From contig JAGLPV010000015.1 of NCBI GenBank assembly GCA_023137195.1, forward strand, positions 39,168 to 103,167: a DNA stretch of 64,000 nucleotides, written 5' to 3'. This DNA comes from Candidatus Aenigmatarchaeota archaeon (lineage in GTDB: Archaea; EX4484-52). Under the pieces are notes generated by a model, which did not search any database, was not told where the DNA came from, and saw only the letters and a program-made list of their open reading frames with translations. Below are positions 1 through 8,837 of this stretch, piece after piece; positions within the stretch are counted from its first letter, which is position 1; the number at the start of each line of letters is the position of its first letter. The position numbers and the translations under genes are program-made.

Positions 1-185
1 TTTTTTTTCAACTCTTCCATGGAAATTTCTATTCCTTTCATGTCAAGATTCATCTTCTCGTTTGTATACATTATATTTGAGAGCATCTTTTCATATTTTT
101 GCAAAGCAACGATATTTTCCCTCAATTGGGATTCGCATTGTTTGGCTTCTGCCTGGTTTGTTTTTATGTGAATATCTTGTTCCAT
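1..185 (-). CDS. Partial coiled-coil protein running off the window edge, possibly a prefoldin subunit
   Basis: Hand translation from ATG at 185: MEQDIHIKTNQAEAKQCESQLRENIVALQKYEKMLSNIMYTNEKMNLDMKGIEISMEELKK...; the heptad pattern resembles a prefoldin N-terminal helix. Confidence 0.4.
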   Translation of the reverse strand, partial: MEQDIHIKTNQAEAKQCESQLRENIVALQKYEKMLSNIMYTNEKMNLDMKGIEISMEELKK

Positions 186-215
186 AGACTAATATAATCA
201 AAGAATAATTTAAAT

Positions 216-1238
216 TTATCCATTTAGGTAATCTTTCCTTCTTGCAAATAGAGACAAAAACATTAGTCCTACAGATAAAAACATTACCGGGAACTCAGGA
301 ATTATCGTTAAGGGAAGAAAATCTATATTGTCTCCTCCACTTATATTGTGGGGTATTTCGCCAAATCCATCGCCGTCTGTGTCAGGATATGGATAATCCG
401 AGAAGTAATTTCCTCCAATGTATGGTCCCCCGATTATGTTTGGTCCTGTTGAGTTTGTTGTGTTCCAGGAATTGCTTCCTGTATCTATTGCATTGCATGT
501 ATTGTTGGCAAAGATATTGTTGAATATAAGATTAGAGTTGCAGTTTGATGTAAGGTAAACCCCTTTGAATGCATTATATGATACCTTGTTGTCATTCACT
601 TCATTATTGTCTGAAGAACTCTGGAATTTTATCCCCTGCATATTGTTGTAGATGGTGTTGTATTCTATGTCATTGTTATTGCTTTCTCCAACAAAAATAC
701 CGTCAAGAGTATTGTGGTGTATTTCATTATTATAGATGTGTCCTTGGTTTGTTTGCCAGAACTTGATGCCGTATCCAAACAGGTGATAATATATTTCATT
801 GTCATATATTTTGGTATTTGTACTTCCAGTGAATAAAACGCCCGTCATTTTATTGTGGTATATTTCGTTATTGTGTATGGCTGCGTTGTTTGTATTATGG
901 AATTCAATAGCATAATCCCACATTTTGATTTCGCAGTTCTTTACAGTACTGTTTTCCATCTCAGAATATACAGCTGCGCTTATTACTGTGGTTAATTTGC
1001 CTTGTATAGAATAATTGGCGGGGTCATAGAGCATATATCCTTTGCAGTCAAAGGTTACATTGTCTGCCTGTATATCTATGCATTTTCTTATAGGTCCTGT
1101 GATTATATCTCCAGTCATGTAATATTCTCCAGGAGTAGTTATTGTTGTACAGCCGGTAATCGCTGTAGCAGCACTTGCCGTCTGCAAAAGCATAGAACTG
1201 ATTATCAAAATAGTTAGAATAAATATTGTTTTTTTCAT
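216..1238 (-). CDS. NosD/CASH right-handed beta-helix surface protein with PEF-CTERM sorting signal (paralog 1)
   Basis: Signal peptide MKKTIFIL...ASA (ATG at 1238), Asn-rich NxIxxN beta-helix repeats, GPNIIGGPYIGGNY motif, C-terminal IPEFP + TM + RRK. Confidence 0.85.
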   Translation of the reverse strand: MKKTIFILTILIISSMLLQTASAATAITGCTTITTPGEYYMTGDIITGPIRKCIDIQADNVTFDCKGYMLYDPANYSIQGKLTTVISAAVYSEMENSTVKNCEIKMWDYAIEFHNTNNAAIHNNEIYHNKMTGVLFTGSTNTKIYDNEIYYHLFGYGIKFWQTNQGHIYNNEIHHNTLDGIFVGESNNNDIEYNTIYNNMQGIKFQSSSDNNEVNDNKVSYNAFKGVYLTSNCNSNLIFNNIFANNTCNAIDTGSNSWNTTNSTGPNIIGGPYIGGNYFSDYPYPDTDGDGFGEIPHNISGGDNIDFLPLTIIPEFPVMFLSVGLMFLSLFARRKDYLNG

Positions 1239-1247
1239 AGATACCAC

Positions 1248-1286
1248 TTATTGTTACCATTATTAGGTAGTAAATTATAAAAAGAT
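1248..1286 (-). promoter_or_regulatory. Repeated upstream element with archaeal TATA-like box (copy 1 of 3; others at 2503-2541 and 4481-4519)
   Basis: Near-identical TTATTGTTACyATTAT..GGTrGTAAATTATAAAAA.AT upstream of paralogs 1, 2 and 4; reads TTTTTATAAT on the coding strand. Confidence 0.6.
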
Positions 1287-1288
1287 AA

Positions 1289-2491
1289 TCATTTGAAGGA
1301 ACAGCATCCATTTGCTCTTCTTGCAAACAAAGACAAAAACACAATCCCGAATGATAAAAATATTGTCGGAACTTCAGGAATCAGAGGAAGATTATCCTGG
1401 CTGTATCCTCCCTCAATATCATAATGTGTTTCTCCGAAGCCGTCTCCATCTGTATCATTGCCGGGATAGTCCGAAAAGTAATTTCCTCCAATGTATGGTC
1501 CCCCGATTATGTTTGGTCCGCTCTGGTTTACAGCATTCCATGTATTGGCACTCAGGTACTCTTTAGTATTGTTTACATTGTCAAAGTAATTGTTGTAAAT
1601 CAGGTTGTTATTTGATCTATCTATGTGTATGCCATTCCACCCGTTGTTTTGCACGATATTGCTTCTTATTGTATTATCTTCACTTTCCTGTTTGACATAT
1701 ATTCCTTTCTTTATGTTATTTTTGACGATATTGCTTTTCACAAGATTGTTGGTGCAATAATTTTGCAGTATGATTCCGTATTGGTTTTCTGATGCGTTGT
1801 TGTCTATCACGCTGTTTTGATTGTTTGAAGAAAATAAATATATTCCATTGTAATTGTCATACACTGTATTGTTTGATACTATGTTGTGAGTGGATAAGGT
1901 CAGGTAAATGCCCTCGTCGTTATCATATACATCATTAGCCGATATGTTGTTGTTGCCGCAGTAAGACATATATATGCCTTTTTCGTTCAATAGCATAGTA
2001 TTGTCTTTCACTATGCAGTTTTGTGAATATCCCATGCATATACCTTTGTTGTTTGATTCAACATTGTTGTTTTTTACCATTAGATTATCTGAATGCCATG
2101 TGTGGATTCCAAAGTAGTTGTCTGAAACATTGTTGTCTGTCAATGTATTGTTGTCTGCGTTATTTAGGTATATTCCATATCTCCAGTCAGTGACTACGCA
2201 GTTTTTTATTGTGATGTTTGTATCTGTTGCAGATGTTCTGTCAATGAGTATTCCTTTTGTCGTATAACTGTCGACCCCGTCAATTATATTGTTCTGGCAG
2301 TCCAGGACGACGTTATTTGCTGTTATGTCAATACATACTGTATTTCCGGAATTAATTATATTACTGCTTAAGTAATATTCCCCGGGAGAAGTTATTGTTG
2401 TGCATGAAGTAATCGCTGTAGCAGCACTTGCTGTCTGCAAAAGCATAGAACTGATTATCAAAACAGTCAGAATAAATATTGTTTTTTTCAT
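1289..2491 (-). CDS. NosD/CASH beta-helix surface protein with PEF-CTERM-like (PEVP) tail (paralog 2)
   Basis: Same signal peptide, more beta-helix repeats, GPNIIGGPYIGGNYF, IPEVP + TM + RR. Confidence 0.85.
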   Translation of the reverse strand: MKKTIFILTVLIISSMLLQTASAATAITSCTTITSPGEYYLSSNIINSGNTVCIDITANNVVLDCQNNIIDGVDSYTTKGILIDRTSATDTNITIKNCVVTDWRYGIYLNNADNNTLTDNNVSDNYFGIHTWHSDNLMVKNNNVESNNKGICMGYSQNCIVKDNTMLLNEKGIYMSYCGNNNISANDVYDNDEGIYLTLSTHNIVSNNTVYDNYNGIYLFSSNNQNSVIDNNASENQYGIILQNYCTNNLVKSNIVKNNIKKGIYVKQESEDNTIRSNIVQNNGWNGIHIDRSNNNLIYNNYFDNVNNTKEYLSANTWNAVNQSGPNIIGGPYIGGNYFSDYPGNDTDGDGFGETHYDIEGGYSQDNLPLIPEVPTIFLSFGIVFLSLFARRANGCCSFK

Positions 2492-2557
2492 TGTATTACT
2501 CCTTATTGTTACTATTATAGGGTGGTAAATTATAAAAAGATGAGGGTATTGAAGCCA

Positions 2558-3412
2558 TTAAATAAGATTTCTTCTTGCAAACAGGGACAAAAACATTAGT
2601 CCTACGGATAAAAACATTGCCGGGAATTCGGGAATAACCAGCGGAAGATAATCCCTGTTTTGTCCGCCAATATTATCATAAGGTGTTTCTCCAAATCCAT
2701 CTCCGTTTTCGTCAACTCCATCATAGTCAGAGTAGTAATTTCCCCCGATATAAGGACCGCCTATTATATTTGGTCCTGTTGAGTTTGTTGTGTTCCAGAA
2801 GTTGTTTCCCTTTCCTGCATCCTTCCCGTCATGGTTATTGCCGGCAAGATAGTTGTTGTAGATTAGGTTTGAAAAGCAATTGCTTTCAACATAAATCCCG
2901 TTAATTTTATTGTAGGTTGCAATATTGTTTTTTATCTCATTTTCATTGGAATTATCGTTAAGTTTTATTCCATACTGGTTGTAGCTTGCGTTGTTGTCCG
3001 ACAGGACGTTGTATTTGCTTTCTTTCAAAAGAATGCCGCTTGCCTTATTTGAATATGGTTCATTGTTGTGGATTGTTCCGTTGTTTGCATTGTAAAAGAC
3101 GATGCCGTTATTCCAGTCGCTGACAATGCAGTTTTTTATAGTAGTCATATTCTGGTTTGAATATATGCCATAAGTATTTGATTTGCCTGTTCCGTCAATA
3201 ACATTATCTCCACAGTCCAGAGTAATATTTTTTGCCGTTATTTCAATGCATTTTCCTGCACCAGAGTTATCAATTATGCTCTCATTCAAATAATAATGCT
3301 CGTTTTCTACATTGAGTGTTTGGCATTTGTTGATATTTTCCAAAGCATCAACATTTTGCAAAAGCAAAAGACTCATCATTAAGACACATGCGAGAAACGT
3401 CTTTTTATTCAT
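2558..3412 (-). CDS. NosD/CASH beta-helix surface protein with PEF-CTERM (paralog 3)
   Basis: Divergent signal peptide, fewer repeats, GPNIIGGPYIGGNYY, IPEFP + TM + RR. Confidence 0.85.
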   Translation of the reverse strand: MNKKTFLACVLMMSLLLLQNVDALENINKCQTLNVENEHYYLNESIIDNSGAGKCIEITAKNITLDCGDNVIDGTGKSNTYGIYSNQNMTTIKNCIVSDWNNGIVFYNANNGTIHNNEPYSNKASGILLKESKYNVLSDNNASYNQYGIKLNDNSNENEIKNNIATYNKINGIYVESNCFSNLIYNNYLAGNNHDGKDAGKGNNFWNTTNSTGPNIIGGPYIGGNYYSDYDGVDENGDGFGETPYDNIGGQNRDYLPLVIPEFPAMFLSVGLMFLSLFARRNLI

Positions 3413-4407
3413 AATAAACCATTTTTTCTTCTTACAAACAGAGACAAAAATATTAGTCCTACTGATAAAAACATTACAGGGAACTCGGGAATTACCAGAG
3501 GAAGATAATCGCTGTTACATCCCCATTTAATTTTATATGGTGTTTCTCCAAAACCATCTCCATTTGTATCATTGCCGGTATAATCCGAGAAATAATTTCC
3601 CCCGATGTATGGTCCGCCAATTATGTTTGGTCCTGTCTGGTTTGTGGTATTCCATGAGTTTTTCCCATAGCTACGGTCAGAAGCACTATATGTATTGTTG
3701 GCCACATAGTTGTTGAATATCCTGTTACTTATCGAATCACAGGATATGTGAATCCCGTTCAAAGCATTAAAAGAGATATTATTATTCCTGATTTCATTTT
3801 TGTCGGAATCTGTTTGAACTGATATTCCATTTTCGTTATTGTGGATTGTGTTGTTTTTTACATTGTTCTGGTTGCTCCGGGATAAATAAATGCCGCTTCC
3901 TTCGTTAGAATGCATTTCATTGTCATATATATTTCCCCAATATGTCTTCCATAAATCAAGACCATGAGCTATTGTAGACCCGTGTATTTCATTATCATGT
4001 ATATTCGGATATGTGCATTCCACCAGACGAATACCTGACATTTTGCAATAAAGTATATCATTATAGCTTATATTTGCGTTCTCTGTTCCACCTAAAGTAA
4101 TCCCGGAAGACCATCCCCGGATAACGCAATTGGTGATAGTAACATCATCTTTTTCGGAAAATATCCCTGTGGTGGTGGAAAAGAACCCATTATAACGAAT
4201 CATGTGACCTTCGCAGTTTAATGTAACATTGTCTGCATTTATTTCAATGCATTTTTGCACACAGTTTGTGGTTATATCTCCTGACAGGTAATATTCTCCC
4301 GGAGAAGTTATTTTAGTACATGAAGTAATTGCTGTGGCGGCACTTGCCGTCTGCAAAAGCATAGAACTGATTATCATAACAGTCATAACAAATATTGTTT
4401 TTTTCAT
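3409..4407 (-). CDS. NosD/CASH beta-helix surface protein with PEF-CTERM (paralog 4)
   Basis: MKKTIFVM...ASA signal peptide, beta-helix repeats, GPNIIGGPYIGGNYF, IPEFP + TM + RRK. Confidence 0.85.
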   Translation of the reverse strand: MKKTIFVMTVMIISSMLLQTASAATAITSCTKITSPGEYYLSGDITTNCVQKCIEINADNVTLNCEGHMIRYNGFFSTTTGIFSEKDDVTITNCVIRGWSSGITLGGTENANISYNDILYCKMSGIRLVECTYPNIHDNEIHGSTIAHGLDLWKTYWGNIYDNEMHSNEGSGIYLSRSNQNNVKNNTIHNNENGISVQTDSDKNEIRNNNISFNALNGIHISCDSISNRIFNNYVANNTYSASDRSYGKNSWNTTNQTGPNIIGGPYIGGNYFSDYTGNDTNGDGFGETPYKIKWGCNSDYLPLVIPEFPVMFLSVGLIFLSLFVRRKNGLL

Positions 4408-4568
4408 TGTTATTCACCTTATATTCTGATACAATATTAAAAATTCTGCACAATAGCAGGAGTTTTATTGTAAATACCATTTATTGTTACTATTATATGG
4501 TGGTAAATTATAAAAACATTCCTACCCGCGGACATAATATTTATATACTTTCTTTTTCTATTCCAATT

Positions 4569-4988
4569 ATGGATAATATAATTGCAATAATAATGGGCTC
4601 TGAGGGCGACAGGGATTTTGTAAAAAAGATAGAAGATGAATTGAAAGGATTTGATGCGGCTTTCCAGACGAAAGTGGCTTCTGCGCACAAGACGCCTGCT
4701 CTTGTATTGAAGACAATTGCAGAATATGATAAAAAATATGATAATGTCGTCTATATAACTGTCGCGGGACTTTCAAATGGTCTTAGTGGTGTTGTTGCTG
4801 CCAATACGAAAAATCCTGTGATTGCATGTCCTCCGTTGAATGACCAGAATTATATGATTGATGTTCATTCTACTCTTAGGATGCCTTCCAAAGTGCCTTC
4901 TATGTGCGTGCTGAATCCTAAAAACGCGGCTCTTGCGGCTGTAAGAATCCTTGCAATAGAAGATAAAAAGTTGAAAGAAAAATTATAA
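4569..4988 (+). CDS. purE: AIR carboxylase PurE (class II-like signature)
   Basis: IIMGSEGD, SAHKTP, AGLSNGL, PVIACPP, STLRMPS, NAALAA motifs; real start probably ATG at 4569, not 4395. Confidence 0.9.
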   Translation: MDNIIAIIMGSEGDRDFVKKIEDELKGFDAAFQTKVASAHKTPALVLKTIAEYDKKYDNVVYITVAGLSNGLSGVVAANTKNPVIACPPLNDQNYMIDVHSTLRMPSKVPSMCVLNPKNAALAAVRILAIEDKKLKEKL

Positions 4989-5390
4989 CCCAATCAAAAC
5001 AACAGCCACCGCACCAAACACAACCCCTAACCCCTGCGTAAAGCTTATTTTCTCTGCAAGGAAAAGCACCGCAATTATTGTTGTTATCAAAAAACTTAAA
5101 CCCCTCAATGTTGTTGCGACGCTTATTTTGCCAAGAGTGACAGAAGAAACAAACGCGATAAAAGCAAGACCTGCAATGACCCCGGCAATTGCCGAATATT
5201 CAAAACCTTTCATGGCGATATATTTTTGCCTGTAAAACACCCAGAAAAGAAAGATAGTAAATGTCATAAAACACGATACGACCAGGGTCAATGATACAGA
5301 ATCAATGGACGGGCTTGCAAGCTTGTAAATGATGGCAGTTACGCCATAACCAATCATTGCAATAATGCCCAGTATAAAATATAGTTCCAT
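4983..5390 (-). CDS. EamA/DMT family small membrane transporter
   Basis: 135 aa, ~5 TM helices, GKISVATTL...FLAEKIS...G pattern. Confidence 0.85.
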   Translation of the reverse strand: MELYFILGIIAMIGYGVTAIIYKLASPSIDSVSLTLVVSCFMTFTIFLFWVFYRQKYIAMKGFEYSAIAGVIAGLAFIAFVSSVTLGKISVATTLRGLSFLITTIIAVLFLAEKISFTQGLGVVFGAVAVVLIGL

Positions 5391-5412
5391 TTTCTTGGTT
5401 GTTTACAAAATA

Positions 5413-6375
5413 TTATAAATTTGCTTTTTCGTTATTGCAGGAATAATACATAACCCCTTGCTTAGTTCTCGTGCTTACCTGCCCTTTCTCAACAAAATCA
5501 TCTATCATTTCCTCAAGATTTCCTTTCCCGAACCGGGTAATCAAATCTTCTTTTGTGCATGGTCTGCGCTTCAGTAAATCCAGGACATCTTTTTCTTCTG
5601 TTTTAGACCTTTCGCCCCCAACAACAACAGGTCTGTTTTTCTTATAATAAACAACCTGAATTTTTGTTTCTCTATTTATCTGTCCTGCGATTTCTTCCAG
5701 CCTCTCGGGAGGCAATGCCATTAGTTTTTCACTGCCTGATGGTCTGTAGGCAGTTCCAAGGAATATTTCTATAGGTTTTACTTCGTTTATTTTTTTATAA
5801 ATCTCTATTAATGATTTGATACTTTCCTCATCTGCATTGGTTAACTTTTTGAATGAAAATAATAATGTCTGTATTGCGACCCGTGTATGTATCTCTTTAA
5901 TGCCTTCAACTATGTTGTTTAAGTTAATTCCCCGGCATGGTTGATTTATTTTTCCAAATAATTTTTGTGTGCCTGCATCTATTTTTGCTATCACCAGATC
6001 GCATTTGTTCAGACCTCTTCTTACTTCTTTGTTTGGAATAAGAGAACTATTGGTCAGGACAGCAAGAGGAATGTCTGTCATCTGTTTTATTTTGTCCGCC
6101 ACGCGCCCCAAGGTTAGGTTGAGTGTTGGTTCTCCCTGACCTGAAAAAGTTATGTAATCTGGCTTTGTCTGTTTTATTTTTGTTTTTAAAACATCAAACT
6201 CATGTTCGGCAATATCCATATGTTTCGGGTGTATGGTTCTAAACGCATTGTGACCTAACTGGCAATAAAGGCAGTCGTAGGAACATATTTTCGAGTAACT
6301 TTTTGGTGGTTCTACTAAGTCAACGCCCAATGAATTTCCAAGTCTCCATGAAGGGACAGGTCCGTAAATTTTCAT
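5413..6375 (-). CDS. Radical SAM Fe-S oxidoreductase (COG0731-like)
   Basis: YGPVPSWRLGNSLGVD, CSYDCLYC, TFSGQGEPTL, AVLTNSSL. Confidence 0.85.
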   Translation of the reverse strand: MKIYGPVPSWRLGNSLGVDLVEPPKSYSKICSYDCLYCQLGHNAFRTIHPKHMDIAEHEFDVLKTKIKQTKPDYITFSGQGEPTLNLTLGRVADKIKQMTDIPLAVLTNSSLIPNKEVRRGLNKCDLVIAKIDAGTQKLFGKINQPCRGINLNNIVEGIKEIHTRVAIQTLLFSFKKLTNADEESIKSLIEIYKKINEVKPIEIFLGTAYRPSGSEKLMALPPERLEEIAGQINRETKIQVVYYKKNRPVVVGGERSKTEEKDVLDLLKRRPCTKEDLITRFGKGNLEEMIDDFVEKGQVSTRTKQGVMYYSCNNEKANL

Positions 6376-6445
6376 GTATGTATAATAAATAAAATTTTAT
6401 ATTTCTTGGGTATCTTTATATATTTTTATATGTATTAAAGATATT

Positions 6446-7564
6446 ATGATTTTATCTGCTGGTGAAGAAGAAAAAGACACCCTGACGAATATTGAAGCAG
6501 AAAAAATACTAAGTGATGTCCAGAACCAGATAAATGACATAAAATATGCTCATGTCAAGGAAGAGATAGTTCACGATGAAGAGCTTGTCTCTGCCGGCAA
6601 CATTGTTGAAATAAACAATATTTTTGAGAATTCCCTTGTTAAAAAAGAGACTTTTAATCATCTGAACAGTGTGCTGGAGCGTTTGCATGAAACAGTGAGG
6701 CAAAAAAAGAATCTGCTTGAGATGGAGGAGAATATAGATGAAGCAGAAGATGGAACAATAGATAATATAGGGTCCTTTTTGGATATTGAAGAGAAAAACA
6801 AGGAAGCGAAGAAAAACATAGATTCATTAAAAAAATTCCGGGAGGAGGGCGTTCTGTCCAAACCGGCGTATGATAAATTAAGTGAAAAAATAAGCAATAC
6901 TCCTGAAGGGCAGGTTATAGGGAAGGTGGAAACTGTTTTTGATAAATTCAAGAATAATGAATTGTCCAATGCGGGCAAAGGTCTGCTCTTTACAGACAGT
7001 AGTGAATTGGAGACTGTTTTGGAAGAGATAAAAAAACCAAAAATAGAGGAGAAAGAAGTTGAAGAGGAAAAAGAACCAGAGGAAGAAGAAGTAGAGGAAG
7101 TTAAGAAGGACGAGGATGGTTTTCTTAAAAAGCTAAGAGGAAAGTTTTCGAAGATAAAGCCCCCTGCTTTTGTTTCAAAGATTGTAGACAAGATTCCTTT
7201 CATAAAGCACAAGAAAAAAGAAGTCGAGGAAACCGAGAGTAGTGGCAACAAAGACGAAGAAAAAGAGGAATATGATAACATACTAAAACTGCCTGATTTG
7301 AGAAGAAAAACAATGAATCTAAAATTGTTTGTAAAAAAGAAAGTTCTGAAAAAAATAAAGATAGATAGCCAGATGACAAATGCTGTATTTAAGGAACACG
7401 TAAATTCAGCCAGGATAGATGAAAACCTGCGCGATGAGATAAATGTGTATTTTGGAGACTATGGTATTTCTGAGTACATGGGTCATTTCAGTCAGACAGA
7501 GGAGGGTATTAAAAAGCTGGAGAAGGATACAAAGGCATTTCTTAGGAAGCTAGATAGTTATTAG
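6446..7564 (+). CDS. Hypothetical charged (Glu/Lys-rich) protein
   Basis: 372-aa ORF with typical coding composition; no recognisable motif. Confidence 0.7.
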   Translation: MILSAGEEEKDTLTNIEAEKILSDVQNQINDIKYAHVKEEIVHDEELVSAGNIVEINNIFENSLVKKETFNHLNSVLERLHETVRQKKNLLEMEENIDEAEDGTIDNIGSFLDIEEKNKEAKKNIDSLKKFREEGVLSKPAYDKLSEKISNTPEGQVIGKVETVFDKFKNNELSNAGKGLLFTDSSELETVLEEIKKPKIEEKEVEEEKEPEEEEVEEVKKDEDGFLKKLRGKFSKIKPPAFVSKIVDKIPFIKHKKKEVEETESSGNKDEEKEEYDNILKLPDLRRKTMNLKLFVKKKVLKKIKIDSQMTNAVFKEHVNSARIDENLRDEINVYFGDYGISEYMGHFSQTEEGIKKLEKDTKAFLRKLDSY

Positions 7565-7629
7565 ATGATACTAAAAGTTATGTTCTTGGCAGACATTATT
7601 TGTGCTATTTTACCATAAATTTAGCATCA

Positions 7630-7781
7630 ACATATGCGATTAAGAGAGTTTCGGCAAAGCTGAAATTTGGGCGATGCCGAATGCAACAAAGCCCTCTTAA
7701 TTGCTGTTTGTTTCTCTGACCCTATAAAGTGGGGTCGGATTGCGTCCGCGAAGTCACGAGAACGCCGTCTCGAAGAAGCAA
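7630..7781. other. GC-enriched intergenic element with nested stem-loops
   Basis: GCGATTAAGAG(7636-46)/CTCTTAATTGC(7694-7704) encloses TTCGGCA/TGCCGAA; TTGTTTCT/AGAAGCAA encloses TCTGACCCT/GGGGTCGGA and CGAGA/TCTCG. Confidence 0.45.
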
Positions 7782-8155
7782 GTTTTATATAATACCTGTG
7801 TTATTATAGTATTTATGGTATTCAAGAATTTAAAAGATATTGAACAAAGGGAATTGATTCCGGGATATAAGGTAAGATTTATCCATTCTAAAAATATGAC
7901 TTTTGCATATTGGGATATTGAGGAAGGAGCGCCTTTACCAGAACATTCTCATCCACATGAGCAAGTGGCAACTATGATTGAAGGGGAATTTGAATTAACT
8001 GTTGAGAGCGAGACAAAAAGAGTACAAAAGGGAGATGTTGCAGTTATTCCACCTAACGCAAAACATTCCGGCAAAGCGATAACAGATTGTAAAATTCTTG
8101 ATGTATTCTATCCCATTAGAGAAGATTACCTGAATAAGTAAATGCGTTCTCGTGA
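7754..8155. repeat. Perfect 12-bp inverted repeat bracketing the cupin gene
   Basis: TCACGAGAACGC at 7754-7765 and GCGTTCTCGTGA at 8144-8155. Confidence 0.75.
7815..8141 (+). CDS. Cupin_2 domain protein
   Basis: PEHSHPHEQ...GEFEL...GDVAVIPPNAKH...DVFYPIRED; start probably ATG at 7815. Confidence 0.9.
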   Translation: MVFKNLKDIEQRELIPGYKVRFIHSKNMTFAYWDIEEGAPLPEHSHPHEQVATMIEGEFELTVESETKRVQKGDVAVIPPNAKHSGKAITDCKILDVFYPIREDYLNK

Positions 8156-8201
8156 TTGAAATTAACAACAATTATTTATATTCTCTTTCCACTAATATCT
8201 C

Positions 8202-8837
8202 ATGAGCATCGACAAAATCTATTCAATACTTGAATCTGAATTCAAAAAATACCCGATGCCTGTTGTTGATTTGATTACAATTCAGACAAAAGACCCGTAT
8301 AAAATTCTGGTTGCAACAATACTTTCTGCAAGGACCAAGGACAAGACCACGAAAGAAGCGGCAGAAAGATTATTTAAACAGGCAGATTCTCTTGTATCTC
8401 TGTCAAAATTATCTATAGAGAAAATAGAGGAATTAATATATCCTGTTGGATTTTACAAGAATAAATCAGAATATCTCCATGAACTGCCAAAAGAAATACA
8501 AATGAGATTCTCGGGAGTAATCCCGTCCACAATTGATAATCTGGTAAGACTTCCTGGTGTTGGTAGAAAAACTGCCAACTTAGTTGTTTCAATGGCATTT
8601 AACAAGCCAGGGATATGCGTTGATGTTCATGTTCACAGGATTTGCAACCGTTTAGGGTATGTGAAGACGAATAAACCTTATGATACAGAGATGGCTTTGA
8701 GAAAAAAGCTTCCGAAAAAATACTGGACTTATTTTAATTCGTATCTGGTATCATTTGGACAGCATCTGTGCAGACCGGTTGGTCCGAAGTGTATTGAATG
8801 TCCGATAAAGGAGTATTGCGAGAAAAGATTATTTTAA
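8202..8837 (+). CDS. nth: Endonuclease III
   Basis: HhH motif LPGVGRKTAN, VDVHVHRI, 4Fe-4S motif CRPVGPKCIECPIKEYC. Confidence 0.93.
   Translation: MSIDKIYSILESEFKKYPMPVVDLITIQTKDPYKILVATILSARTKDKTTKEAAERLFKQADSLVSLSKLSIEKIEELIYPVGFYKNKSEYLHELPKEIQMRFSGVIPSTIDNLVRLPGVGRKTANLVVSMAFNKPGICVDVHVHRICNRLGYVKTNKPYDTEMALRKKLPKKYWTYFNSYLVSFGQHLCRPVGPKCIECPIKEYCEKRLF

Noticed and set aside
4395-4568. N-terminal extension of PurE in the ORF track
   Set aside because: Overlaps the divergent gene start and promoter; homology begins at ATG 4569
6658-7281. 207-aa Ser/Phe-rich minus-strand ORF and similar antisense ORFs throughout
   Set aside because: Shadow frames of Glu/Lys-rich genes on the opposite strand
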